Assembly (NCBI GenBank): GCA_018335035.1
Contig: JAGXKT010000007.1
Span: 10,110 to 74,109 of the forward strand
DNA length: 64,000 nt
Reading direction: 5' to 3'
Source of the DNA: Phycisphaerae bacterium
GTDB taxonomy: Bacteria > Planctomycetota > Phycisphaerae > SM23-33
The position numbers and the translations under genes are program-made. Shown in pieces: positions 48,617 to 56,962 of the stretch. Numbering within the stretch: the stretch's first letter is position 1; the number at the start of each line of letters is the position of its first letter. The notes below the pieces were generated by a model. That model was given only the letters and a program-made list of their open reading frames with translations, was not told where the DNA came from and did no database searches.

Positions 48617-49458
48617 GTGGCGGCGGCGCCGTTGCGGGCGTCGCGGCGGAGCTTGTGGCCGATCAGTCCGAGGCGCGAGGCGACGTCCTTCATGGAAGCG
48701 ATCCTCTGGGCCGGCTCGAAGGCGATGCAATCGTCGACAAGCTTGCTCAGCGCGTGCGGCACGTCGGGGTTGAGCTGGTCGGCCGGCGTGGCGGCGAGGT
48801 CGTCCTTGAACTGCAGGGCGCCGTCTTTGGGCAGCGTGGTGGGGATGGGCCTGCCGGTGAGCGTCCAGTACAGTGCGGCGCCGAAGTTGAACACGTCGGT
48901 GCGTCCGTCGAGCGGGCGGCGGGCGACCTGCTCAGGGGCGATGTAGTCGGGCGTGCCTTGGACGCGCTGCTTGACCGTGCCCAGCGAACAGCTCTGCCCG
49001 AAGTCGATGATCTTGGCCGTGCCGTCGGGCGCAACGAGGATGTTGTTGGGCTTGGTGTCCGCGTGAACGAAGCCGGCGGCGTTCATGTGCGCCAGCCCGG
49101 CGGCGACCTGCTCGAAGATCGCCACGACCGCCTCCACGCGCTCGGGGCGGTTGTCCTGAACGGTCAGCCCCGGGCAGAATTCCATAATCATGTGGACTTC
49201 GCGCAGGCGTAGCGAGCGGCGTATGCGACGCAGTTCATGGACGGCGCGCAAGTGGGGGTGCCCCAACCGACCGGCGATTTCGTACTCGTTCAGCGCCTGC
49301 GTGATGAACCGGTCATCGGCGTTGTGACGCTTGACGACGCGCTTGAGGGCGCGCAACTCGCCCGAATCGCGCTGACGAATCTTCCAGATGGTGCTGCGGG
49401 CGCCGCTACCGAGATACTCCAGTATCTCGTAACCACGCACTGCGAGCCGCTTTCCCAT
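48613..49458 (-). CDS. Hanks-type Ser/Thr protein kinase, catalytic domain only (non-RD)
   Basis: Internal ATG gives MGKRLAVRGYEILEYLGSGARSTIWK. Shows the ALK lysine, HADTKPNNILV (Ala replaces the RD arginine), DFG and TPDYIAPE. No TM or sensor domain. Confidence 0.88.
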   Translation of the reverse strand: MGKRLAVRGYEILEYLGSGARSTIWKIRQRDSGELRALKRVVKRHNADDRFITQALNEYEIAGRLGHPHLRAVHELRRIRRSLRLREVHMIMEFCPGLTVQDNRPERVEAVVAIFEQVAAGLAHMNAAGFVHADTKPNNILVAPDGTAKIIDFGQSCSLGTVKQRVQGTPDYIAPEQVARRPLDGRTDVFNFGAALYWTLTGRPIPTTLPKDGALQFKDDLAATPADQLNPDVPHALSKLVDDCIAFEPAQRIASMKDVASRLGLIGHKLRRDARNGAAAT

Positions 49459-49716
49459 GGTACCTCTCCGCCCGTTTGCGCCCGACACGGACCACAGCAT
49501 GGCGATTTCGCCGCATTTGGCAAGAACTAAGAGACTCTCAAGGTCTCGCATGGTCCGTCCATGCGAGCGATCGACGGCGCATCGCGTCACGAGTCGATCT
49601 CAGGCCGCCGTGATTAACGGTCGCGTCGGCCGCTATGCCGGTCTCCTCGTAATCTGTATCGGTCGGCGGGCGGCGGGGCTTCGGCTTGCCGGGGACGGCG
49701 CCCCCGTTACCCCGTC

Positions 49717-50664
49717 ATGATCAGCGTTGACAAGCCCGCCATCGGGCGATACCATGGGCGCGCCGGTGCAAGGGGCAGGAGCGCGACCGTGACCAGGAAA
49801 AAAGACTCGGTCTCCCTGTTTGAGGTCATCGCCAAGGGCCGTTCGAACCGCCCACAGGCCGGAATGGACGTCCCGGCGTGGATGGACCAGCAGGACACCG
49901 CGCCCCCTGCGGGGGGCGAACCGGCGGGCGAGGACAGCTTCGCGGACGTCCCGGACGAACGCGAAACGCCGCCTCCGCCGTCGGCGCAATATGCGTCTGA
50001 TGGCGGCGCGCCCGCGCGGGCGTCCGGCAGTGTTTCGCCGTATGCTCCGGTGTGGAACGAGCCGACCATCGCCCGCGACGGCAACCGCATCCGCGTGGCC
50101 GTGACGGACGCGACGGCCGTGCTGGTCGCTCTGGGCCTGGTGGGCGTTATTGTGCTGGCGTTTCTGGTCGGCCGCTGGACCAAGGGCTCGCACGACGGGC
50201 CCGCCGAGGCGGGCATGACAGTCACAACGGGCGATGAGCAAACGTCGGACAAGCGGCAAGGTGCCGGCGGCGGTACGCGGGGCGCGCACCGCATTGTCGG
50301 CAAGTACTACTTGGTAGTGCAGGACTTGCGCGAGTACCGTCCCGACAGTGCCAATGCACGCGAGCAAAGCGAGGCCGAGGAGAAGCTGGATGCAGCGAGT
50401 GACATTCAGGACTGGCTTGCAGAACGTGGGATCCGCACGACGCTGAATACGACCGGGCCGGACGGGCAGAAGCGCTTGGTCGTCTGGTCGACGCAGGCGT
50501 TCGATTCGCCCCGTAGCGAGGCCGCAAAACGCTTCGCCCGGACCATCGAGGACTTGGGCAGACGGTATATGGCTTCCAATCCGGAGCGGCGGTACGATTT
50601 CCGTCAGCGGCGCGACGGACAGTTCGACCCGATGTTCATCAAGAAGACCGGTGGGTCTCGCTGA
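49717..50664 (+). CDS. Hypothetical single-pass membrane protein (Pro/acid-rich N-terminus, one TM helix, C-terminal alpha/beta domain)
   Basis: 315 aa. TM helix AVLVALGLVGVIVLAFLVG. The C-terminal segment KYYLVVQDL...RLVVWSTQAFDS is faintly SPOR-like. An alternative GTG start at 49789 is preceded by GGAG. Confidence 0.6.
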   Translation: MISVDKPAIGRYHGRAGARGRSATVTRKKDSVSLFEVIAKGRSNRPQAGMDVPAWMDQQDTAPPAGGEPAGEDSFADVPDERETPPPPSAQYASDGGAPARASGSVSPYAPVWNEPTIARDGNRIRVAVTDATAVLVALGLVGVIVLAFLVGRWTKGSHDGPAEAGMTVTTGDEQTSDKRQGAGGGTRGAHRIVGKYYLVVQDLREYRPDSANAREQSEAEEKLDAASDIQDWLAERGIRTTLNTTGPDGQKRLVVWSTQAFDSPRSEAAKRFARTIEDLGRRYMASNPERRYDFRQRRDGQFDPMFIKKTGGSR

Positions 50665-50687
50665 CGGAAGCCAACGGAGATGATGCG

Positions 50688-50957
50688 ATGACGATGGATA
50701 GAACGTTGAAGATTCACGGCGGTCTGGGCGGACGGCGCAGCGTGATGACCCGCGCCGAGCGGATCGCGCACCTGACCGAAGAAGGCAAGTTCGACCCCGA
50801 GTCCGACAGCCCGCTGGGGTTGCCCAAGACGCGGATTCGCCAGTCGCGCGCCGGCAAGAAGGCCAAGAAGGCCGAAGAGCCCGAAGCCGCCGAGACGCTC
50901 GAAGGCGCCGAAGCGACCGAGGGTGCCGCCGAGACGCAGACGACGGAAGGCGACTAG
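50688..50957 (+). CDS. Small basic protein (PVC-type 'small basic protein' family) with an acidic tail
   Basis: 89 aa. ..LKIHGGLGGRRSVMTRAERIAHLTEEGKFDPESDSPLGLPKTR.. matches my recollection of the Chlamydiae/Verrucomicrobia/Planctomycetes small basic protein family. Confidence 0.6.
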   Translation: MTMDRTLKIHGGLGGRRSVMTRAERIAHLTEEGKFDPESDSPLGLPKTRIRQSRAGKKAKKAEEPEAAETLEGAEATEGAAETQTTEGD

Positions 50958-51034
50958 ACGAGCCCTGTTGATGGGTGAACAGGCCGCGGTGTGGTCAACG
51001 CGCCGCGGCCTGCGTGTTCAGATGGAGCGGTCCT

Positions 51035-52144
51035 ATGCGCCCCAGCCACGCCATCGCCGAACGGATGCGCCACATCGACGCGTCGGGGATTCGCAAGGTC
51101 TTCGACCTGGCGGCCCGGATGGACGACCCGATCAACCTGTCCATCGGTCAACCGGATTTCGAGGTGCCCGAGCCGGTCAAGGACGAAGCGGTCGCCGCGA
51201 TCGCCCGCGGGGAAAACAAATACACGCAGACGCAAGGCACGGCCGCGCTGCGCCGCAAGCTGGCTGCGGCGTGTCGCGACGAGTTCGGCTGGGCCGACGA
51301 GCCGCCCGTGCTCGTGACCTCCGGGACCAGCGGGGCGCTGGTCCTGGCGATGCTGACGCTGGTCAACCCCGGTGATGAGGTCGTCTTTTTCGACCCGTAC
51401 TTCGTGATGTACCGCCACCTGGTGCACCTGGCCGGCGGGGTGCCGGTCTGTGTCGAGACGTACCCGGACTTCCGCCCGGACCTCGATGCGTTTGCCGAGG
51501 CGATCACGGAGCGCACCCGCCTGCTGATCCTCAACTCGCCGGCGAATCCCACCGGGGCGGTCTACACGGCCGACGAGCTTCGCGCCATTGCCGAGATTGC
51601 CGCCGAGCGAGGCCTGCTGGTGATCTCCGACGAGATCTATAATGCGTTTTGCTACGATGCGCCGTTCGCCTCAATGGCCGCGGTTTACGACAACACGCTG
51701 CTGCTGCGGGGGTTTTCCAAGTCGCACGCGATGACGGGCTGGCGCGTCGGCTGGTGCACCGGCCCGACGGGCATCCTGGAGAAGATGACGATGCTTCAGC
51801 AGTACAGCTTCGTCTGCTCGCCCAGCATGGCTCAGGCGGGAGCAGTTGCGGCGCTGGACGCGGACATCTCGGCCCACGTTGCCGCCTACCGCCGCAAGCG
51901 CGATAAGGTCCACGCCGCGCTGGGCGAGACGTTCGGGCTGGTTCGGCCGGGCGGGGCGTTCTACGCCTTCGTACCGGCTCCCGGCGGCGACGCTACGGGA
52001 TTCGTGACCCGCGCGATCGAGCACAACGTCCTGGTCATCCCCGGCAGTGTCTTCTCCCAGCGCGACACGCACTTCCGCATCTCCTACGCCACGAGCGACG
52101 ACCAACTCGATCGCGGGCTGGACATCCTCCGGTCGCTGGCTTGA
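51035..52144 (+). CDS. Pyridoxal-phosphate-dependent aminotransferase, class I/II
   Basis: Internal ATG gives MRPSHAIAERMRHIDASGIRKVFDLA. Shows NSPANPTG and the PLP lysine in FSKSHAMTGWRVGW. Confidence 0.9.
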   Translation: MRPSHAIAERMRHIDASGIRKVFDLAARMDDPINLSIGQPDFEVPEPVKDEAVAAIARGENKYTQTQGTAALRRKLAAACRDEFGWADEPPVLVTSGTSGALVLAMLTLVNPGDEVVFFDPYFVMYRHLVHLAGGVPVCVETYPDFRPDLDAFAEAITERTRLLILNSPANPTGAVYTADELRAIAEIAAERGLLVISDEIYNAFCYDAPFASMAAVYDNTLLLRGFSKSHAMTGWRVGWCTGPTGILEKMTMLQQYSFVCSPSMAQAGAVAALDADISAHVAAYRRKRDKVHAALGETFGLVRPGGAFYAFVPAPGGDATGFVTRAIEHNVLVIPGSVFSQRDTHFRISYATSDDQLDRGLDILRSLA

Positions 52145-52236
52145 TATGCCGTTTGGTGCATGAAGCATTTGTCCGACTTCATTCCGGTAAGCTGTTTGTT
52201 AGGAGGAATATCGTCGCCAAATGGCGCGTCGCGCCG

Positions 52237-52242
52237 TATAAT
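52237..52242 (+). promoter_or_regulatory. Perfect TATAAT box 27 nt upstream of the Panacea gene
   Basis: cgccgTATAATgccg, frame-checked against track ORF 52141..52362. No convincing -35 element (TCGCCA at the 17-nt spacing). Confidence 0.3.
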
Positions 52243-52268
52243 GCCGATGTAGAGGGGAAGCGAGTCCA

Positions 52269-52817
52269 ATGTTTTCGTTCAACCTATACAAGACGATTCA
52301 AGCGACAACGTATCTCCTACGCCAGCCGGGCACGGATCACTGCGCTTATCTCAAGGTGCTGAAGTTGCTGTATGTGGCCGAGCGGGAGAGTCTGGCTGAG
52401 ACGGGCCATCCGATAACGGGTGACCAGACGTATGCGATGCCGCACGGCCCGGCGTTGAGTGCCACGCTGAATCTGATGAATGGCACCGAGACCCATGACC
52501 TGTGGGTGCGGCATATTCAGGATGCGGGCAACTACGAGTTGAAGGTCAGCGAGGATCCCGGCACAGACCTGCTCTGCCCCTACGAGTTGGAGAAGCTGCG
52601 AGATGTTGCGCGGCGGTACGCGGACCAGACTCGGTGGCAGGTGCGGGACGCGACGCACGAGTTACCGGAATGGAAATCCAACGACCCGGGGCAGCAGTCG
52701 TCTAAGCCCATTCCTGTCCGCGATATCCTAGTGGCCCAGCGTTGCGAGTCTCGGCTGGGCGCCATTGAGAGGGATTCCGAGGCACAAGAGGCACTGAGCA
52801 GCGCGTTGGGGGACTGA
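52269..52817 (+). CDS. Panacea (DUF4065, SocA/GepA-like) domain protein; putative antitoxin PanA
   Basis: 182 aa. YLKVLKLLYVAERESLAETGHPITGDQTYAMPHGPALSATLNLM matches the DUF4065 core (KLxKLLYyad..g.pitg..y.a...GPv). GC content and codon usage are lower and different from the flanking genes. Confidence 0.8.
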   Translation: MFSFNLYKTIQATTYLLRQPGTDHCAYLKVLKLLYVAERESLAETGHPITGDQTYAMPHGPALSATLNLMNGTETHDLWVRHIQDAGNYELKVSEDPGTDLLCPYELEKLRDVARRYADQTRWQVRDATHELPEWKSNDPGQQSSKPIPVRDILVAQRCESRLGAIERDSEAQEALSSALGD

Positions 52818-52821
52818 CTCG

Positions 52822-53202
52822 ATGGGGTTGACGTTGGGGGCCGTGTTTTGGGCACGCCTGGGTGGCAGCCCCGTTGAGCATATGTATGTGGTGATCTCGC
52901 GCCCGGAGGAGGATCAGATTGCCGTTGTGCCGCTGACCACATGGGAAGAGTGGAAGGACGATAGCTGCTACATTGAAGCGGGGGAGTATGAGGAACTGCA
53001 TCACGACTCCTGTGTGGACTATCGCCATGCGCCCATCGTCCAAGTTGTCAAGATTGAGATGGCGATAACCAAGGGGGTTCTTCGTCAGTCCGAGCCGGTT
53101 TCAAAGTCGTTGCTTATGAGAATCTGGGAGGGTGCGGCAGATACCCGCTTCCTTCCACGTCAGTGCGAGGACATCCTTTCTCGCCAAGGACTGATCGCAT
53201 AG
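52822..53202 (+). CDS. Unassigned 126-aa partner of the Panacea gene; candidate toxin with a faint MazF/PemK-like pattern
   Basis: Starts 4 nt after the PanA stop. GAVFWARLGGSPVEHMYVVISRPEEDQIAVVPLTT ... HHDSCVDYRHAPIVQVVKIEMAI..GVLRQSEPVSKSLLMRIWEGA parallels the MazF layout (GDI..VDL...RPvlVis....v.vaPlTs ... DSvvl.dQirtidk.rl...G.l). Confidence 0.55.
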   Translation: MGLTLGAVFWARLGGSPVEHMYVVISRPEEDQIAVVPLTTWEEWKDDSCYIEAGEYEELHHDSCVDYRHAPIVQVVKIEMAITKGVLRQSEPVSKSLLMRIWEGAADTRFLPRQCEDILSRQGLIA

Positions 53203-53280
53203 TGACGCCTCGCTGCTGGGGGTAAAGTGCGGTTGTAGCTCTATTTATTGCGTTTTTCGGAGTACCTGAACGGCAAGTTG

Positions 53281-53317
53281 TGAATACATATTCATAAAAT
53301 GAATAATCGATTTGACA
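53281..53317 (+). promoter_or_regulatory. Candidate TetR operator palindrome TGAATA-CA-TATTCA plus a TTGACA box upstream of the efflux operon
   Basis: Palindrome at 53281-53294, a third TGAATA half-site at 53300-53305 and TTGACA at 53312-53317, followed by an A/T-rich aatatatag. All lie in the low-GC spacer before tetR (ATG 53377). Confidence 0.4.
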
Positions 53318-53376
53318 AGTGAGCAAAGAATATATAGCGTAAAAACAGGCTCGAACAGTCACGAAAGGCGTTTCGC

Positions 53377-54051
53377 ATGCCTTCCCAGACGCGCAAACAA
53401 CGCGAGCGCGAGGCGCACCGGCGGGAGATTCTCGCCGCGGCCGAGCGCGTGTTCGTCCGCAAGGGCTACTACGCCGCGACGGTCGAGGAGATCGCCGCCG
53501 AGGCGGAGTTCGCCGTCGGGACGCTATACAACTTCTTCGACGGCAAGAAGGCGTTGTATCATGCGGCCGTGAGTGAGATTATCGGACAGCTCTACGCCGA
53601 CGCGCGCCGCCGGGCGCTGGGTTTGGATGATCCGGAGCAGGCCGTCGGGGCGCTGATCGAGCTGGAACTGGAGTATGCCGAGCGCCATCGCGGTTTCCTG
53701 CGTGTGACGTTGGAGATGGCGCCCGGCGGCGAGCTTGATCCGGCCGAGGGGCTTCCCGACGAGGCGCAGCGCGTCATTGACCAGTATCGCCAAGACGTGA
53801 TCGAGGTCTTCCGCCGCGGGGTCGAGCGCGGCGTGTTTGACGCGCTGGATCCGTTCTACCTCGCCCTGTGTCTGGAGGGGATCGTCAAGGCGTTCATCAC
53901 GTACTGGTCCCGTCATGAGCCGGACGAACCGCTGGCGGTGCGATGCGAGAAGCTCAAGCAGACCTTCATCGGGCGGATCAAGCTGCGCCAGACGGGACCG
54001 GCCGCCGAGGCCGAGCCCCGCGTGGACCGTGGACAGGGGGGGCAATCATGA
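53377..54051 (+). CDS. TetR/AcrR family transcriptional regulator
   Basis: 224 aa. The N-terminal HTH is REILAAAERVFVRKGYYAATVEEIAAEAEFAVGTLYNFF. Confidence 0.92.
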   Translation: MPSQTRKQREREAHRREILAAAERVFVRKGYYAATVEEIAAEAEFAVGTLYNFFDGKKALYHAAVSEIIGQLYADARRRALGLDDPEQAVGALIELELEYAERHRGFLRVTLEMAPGGELDPAEGLPDEAQRVIDQYRQDVIEVFRRGVERGVFDALDPFYLALCLEGIVKAFITYWSRHEPDEPLAVRCEKLKQTFIGRIKLRQTGPAAEAEPRVDRGQGGQS

Positions 54052-55622
54052 CCCGCCTGTCCGCGTTGTGCCCGCTGTTTTTGGTGGCGGTTTGCTTGGC
54101 GGGCGTATGCGGCTGCGTGCGGCGCGCGGCGCTGTACGACGAGATCGCCGCCAGCCGGCGCGTGGCCTACGAGCGATGGGCCGGCGGTCAGCAGCGTGAC
54201 GCCGTCGAGATTGCCGGTGCGTTGAGCTTGCCGGACGCGGTGAAGCTGGCGTTGCAGTACAACAAGCCGCTTCAGGCGGCTTTGCACGATCGCGAGATCG
54301 CACGCGGGCAGTTGCTGGCCTCGTATTCCGAGGCGCTGCCGACCGTCGATGCTACCGTCAGCTACACGCGCCTGGACGAGCTGGCCGGCTTCGACGTCGG
54401 CGGCACGACCGTCACGACGGGGGAGCTGGACAATTACTCGGCCGACGTGACCGTGCGCCAGCCGCTGTTTCGCGGCGGGGCGGTGCGCGCGGCGATCCGC
54501 GCCGCGAAGCTGTATGTCGTGCTGACCGACGAGCAGCTCCGCGTGCGGGCGCAGGAGACGATTTACGCCGTTGGACGCGGGTACTTCGAGACGCTGCTGG
54601 CGCGGCGGCTGGAGGAGGTCAACCGTCAGGCGGTCGTCTCGGCCGAGGCGCATCTTGAGGACGTCCGTGCCAAGTTCGAGCGGGGCGCCGCCAGCCGCTA
54701 CGACGTGCTGCGGGCTCAGGTGGACCTGTCGAACTTCCGTGCCCAGCGGATCGAGCAGAGCCATCGCGTCCACCTGGCGCGGACGGAGTTGCTCAAGACC
54801 CTCGGCGTCTCGCAGGATTCGGACGTGCGGCTGTCGGACGAGCTGACCTATCGTCCGGCACGTCCCGTGCTGGACCGCGCCGTGGAGATCGCCTATCAGA
54901 ACCGTCCGGACCTGCACGCCGCGGAGCTGGGCATCCGCACGCAGCGCGAAGCGGTCCGAATGGCGTACAGCCGGTACTGGCCCGAGGTGTATGCCACGTT
55001 CACGCAGGCTTGGACGCGTCCCGATCCGCACACGGACGATCAGAGCTGGGGCAGGCGGTGGACGGGCGGGGTGGAGCTGATCTGGCCGATCTTTGACGGG
55101 CTTCAGCGGGAGGGTGATGTCATCGAGCAGCGCGCCCGCCTGCGGAAGCGGACCCTCGAGCTGGCCGATGCCGAGGAGCAGACCGTCCTCGACGTCCGCC
55201 AGGCCGTGCTGTCGCTGGCCGACGCCGAGGAGTTCGTCGCATCGCAGCGGATGAACCTTGATCGCGCGGCCGAGGGGCTGCGCCTGGCGCAGGTGGGGTA
55301 TCGCGAGGGCGTCAATACCGAGGTGGAAGTCGTCGACGCCCGCGCCGCGGTGACCAAGGCGCGCGGGCTGTACTACCGTGCCGTCTATAACCACACCGTC
55401 GCGCGGCTGGACCTTCAGCGTGCGATGGGGATTCTGGGGCCCCCGCCGGCGTCTCGGGACGTGACGTCTCGCCCGCGATCCGTGCCGGGCAAACTGGAGA
55501 TCTTCCAGCCCGAAGGCGACGCCGCGACCCGGCCGGCCGGCGGATCGACCGGCGAGGATGCTTCGCCTGCGGAGGCGGGTCGTCGCCGGTCCGCCGCCCG
55601 TGAAGGAGCCGACAGCGAATGA
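54048..55622 (+). CDS. TolC-like outer-membrane efflux protein
   Basis: ATGA overlap with tetR. Lipoprotein-like signal MTRLSALCPLFLVAVCLAGVCGC. Two OEP repeats (LSLPDAVKLALQYNKPLQAA..). Confidence 0.88.
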   Translation: MTRLSALCPLFLVAVCLAGVCGCVRRAALYDEIAASRRVAYERWAGGQQRDAVEIAGALSLPDAVKLALQYNKPLQAALHDREIARGQLLASYSEALPTVDATVSYTRLDELAGFDVGGTTVTTGELDNYSADVTVRQPLFRGGAVRAAIRAAKLYVVLTDEQLRVRAQETIYAVGRGYFETLLARRLEEVNRQAVVSAEAHLEDVRAKFERGAASRYDVLRAQVDLSNFRAQRIEQSHRVHLARTELLKTLGVSQDSDVRLSDELTYRPARPVLDRAVEIAYQNRPDLHAAELGIRTQREAVRMAYSRYWPEVYATFTQAWTRPDPHTDDQSWGRRWTGGVELIWPIFDGLQREGDVIEQRARLRKRTLELADAEEQTVLDVRQAVLSLADAEEFVASQRMNLDRAAEGLRLAQVGYREGVNTEVEVVDARAAVTKARGLYYRAVYNHTVARLDLQRAMGILGPPPASRDVTSRPRSVPGKLEIFQPEGDAATRPAGGSTGEDASPAEAGRRRSAAREGADSE

Positions 55623-56962
55623 AACGCGCATTGAAGATACTCGTGGGGGTCCTCGTCGCGGCGGGCATCATGGCCGGGGCGTTCTACGGCTTCCGGTCCA
55701 TGCAGCGCGCGGAGGAACCGCCCGCCCAGCCCGAGGCGACGGGTCCGGTCACGGTGGAGGTCGCGACGGTGGCAACCGGCGACGTGGCGGACGTTGTCTG
55801 GGTGACGGGGACCGTGGAGGCGCTGGCCGCCGTGGACGTGACGCCGGAGATCAGCGGGCGGCTGGAGCGTCTGGCGCTGCCGGGCCCGGACGGGTCCGCT
55901 CGGGACGGCGCGCCGCTCGAGGCCGGCGTGGAAATCGCCGCCGACGCCGACGGGAAGCTGCCCGTGGTCGTCGTGATCGAGCACGCGAAGCTCGATGCCG
56001 CGGTGGCAGCGGCCGAGGCCGCCGTCGGCGTCGCCGCTGCGGCCGTCGAATCCGCGAAGGCGGGCGTGGGACACGCCGAAAGCCGCGTTGAGGTCGCCCG
56101 GGGCGGGCGAGACCTCGCCGAGGTGGACCTGGCCGACGCGCGGCGCGAGCACGAGCGGTTCCGCGAGCTTTACGAGCAAGGCGCCGCCACCGAGAGACAG
56201 TTCGACCAACGGCAGACCGCCCTTGATCGTGCCCTGGTCGCCGTCGCCCGCGCCGAGGCGCAGGAGGCCGAGGCCCGCGCCGCCCTCGTCCAGGCGCGAC
56301 AGCAGGTCAGCCGCGCCCAGGCCGACCTCACCCAGGCCCGCGCCCGAGCCCACGAGGCCCGCTTGCGCCGCGACGATGCGACGGTGCGCGCGCCGTTCGC
56401 CGGCGTGGTCGCCCGGCGGTTCGTCGACGAAGGCGCGCTCGTTGGCAACACGACGCCGCTTTTCCGCCTGCTCGACATCCGCCGGGTGGAGATCACCGGG
56501 GACGTATCCGGGCGCCACTACGCCCGGCTCCGGGTCGGTAAGACCGCCGCGACCATCGAGGTGGACGCCTATCCCGGCGCGACGTTTTCCGGCGTGATCT
56601 CGCGTCTCAGCCCGGAGCTGAATCGCGCCAGCCGGACCGTCGCGACCACGATCACTGTGCCCAACGGCGACGGACGGCTCAAGCCCGGCATGTACGCCCG
56701 CGTGCAGGTGGTCCTCCGGCGCCACGCGGACGTGCCGGTCGTGGACGACCGGGCGCTGGTCGTCACGGAGGACGCCACGCGCGTTTACGTCGTCCGCGAC
56801 GGCAGGATCGACGTCCGCGAGGTGAAGATCGGTCTGGAGCAGGAGACCGTCAACGAGGTGATCGAAGGTCTCGAAGCGGGCGAGAAGGTCGTCGTCCGGG
56901 GGCATCGGCTGTTGAGCGACGGCATGGCCGTGGAGGTCGTCGGGGAGGACGCGTCTCCATGA
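55619..56962 (+). CDS. RND efflux periplasmic adaptor (MFP/HlyD family)
   Basis: 447 aa. N-terminal TM anchor, a lipoyl-like hairpin (VDVTPEISGRLERL), a long Ala-rich coiled coil and a beta-barrel domain. ATGA overlap on both sides. Confidence 0.9.
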   Translation: MKRALKILVGVLVAAGIMAGAFYGFRSMQRAEEPPAQPEATGPVTVEVATVATGDVADVVWVTGTVEALAAVDVTPEISGRLERLALPGPDGSARDGAPLEAGVEIAADADGKLPVVVVIEHAKLDAAVAAAEAAVGVAAAAVESAKAGVGHAESRVEVARGGRDLAEVDLADARREHERFRELYEQGAATERQFDQRQTALDRALVAVARAEAQEAEARAALVQARQQVSRAQADLTQARARAHEARLRRDDATVRAPFAGVVARRFVDEGALVGNTTPLFRLLDIRRVEITGDVSGRHYARLRVGKTAATIEVDAYPGATFSGVISRLSPELNRASRTVATTITVPNGDGRLKPGMYARVQVVLRRHADVPVVDDRALVVTEDATRVYVVRDGRIDVREVKIGLEQETVNEVIEGLEAGEKVVVRGHRLLSDGMAVEVVGEDASP

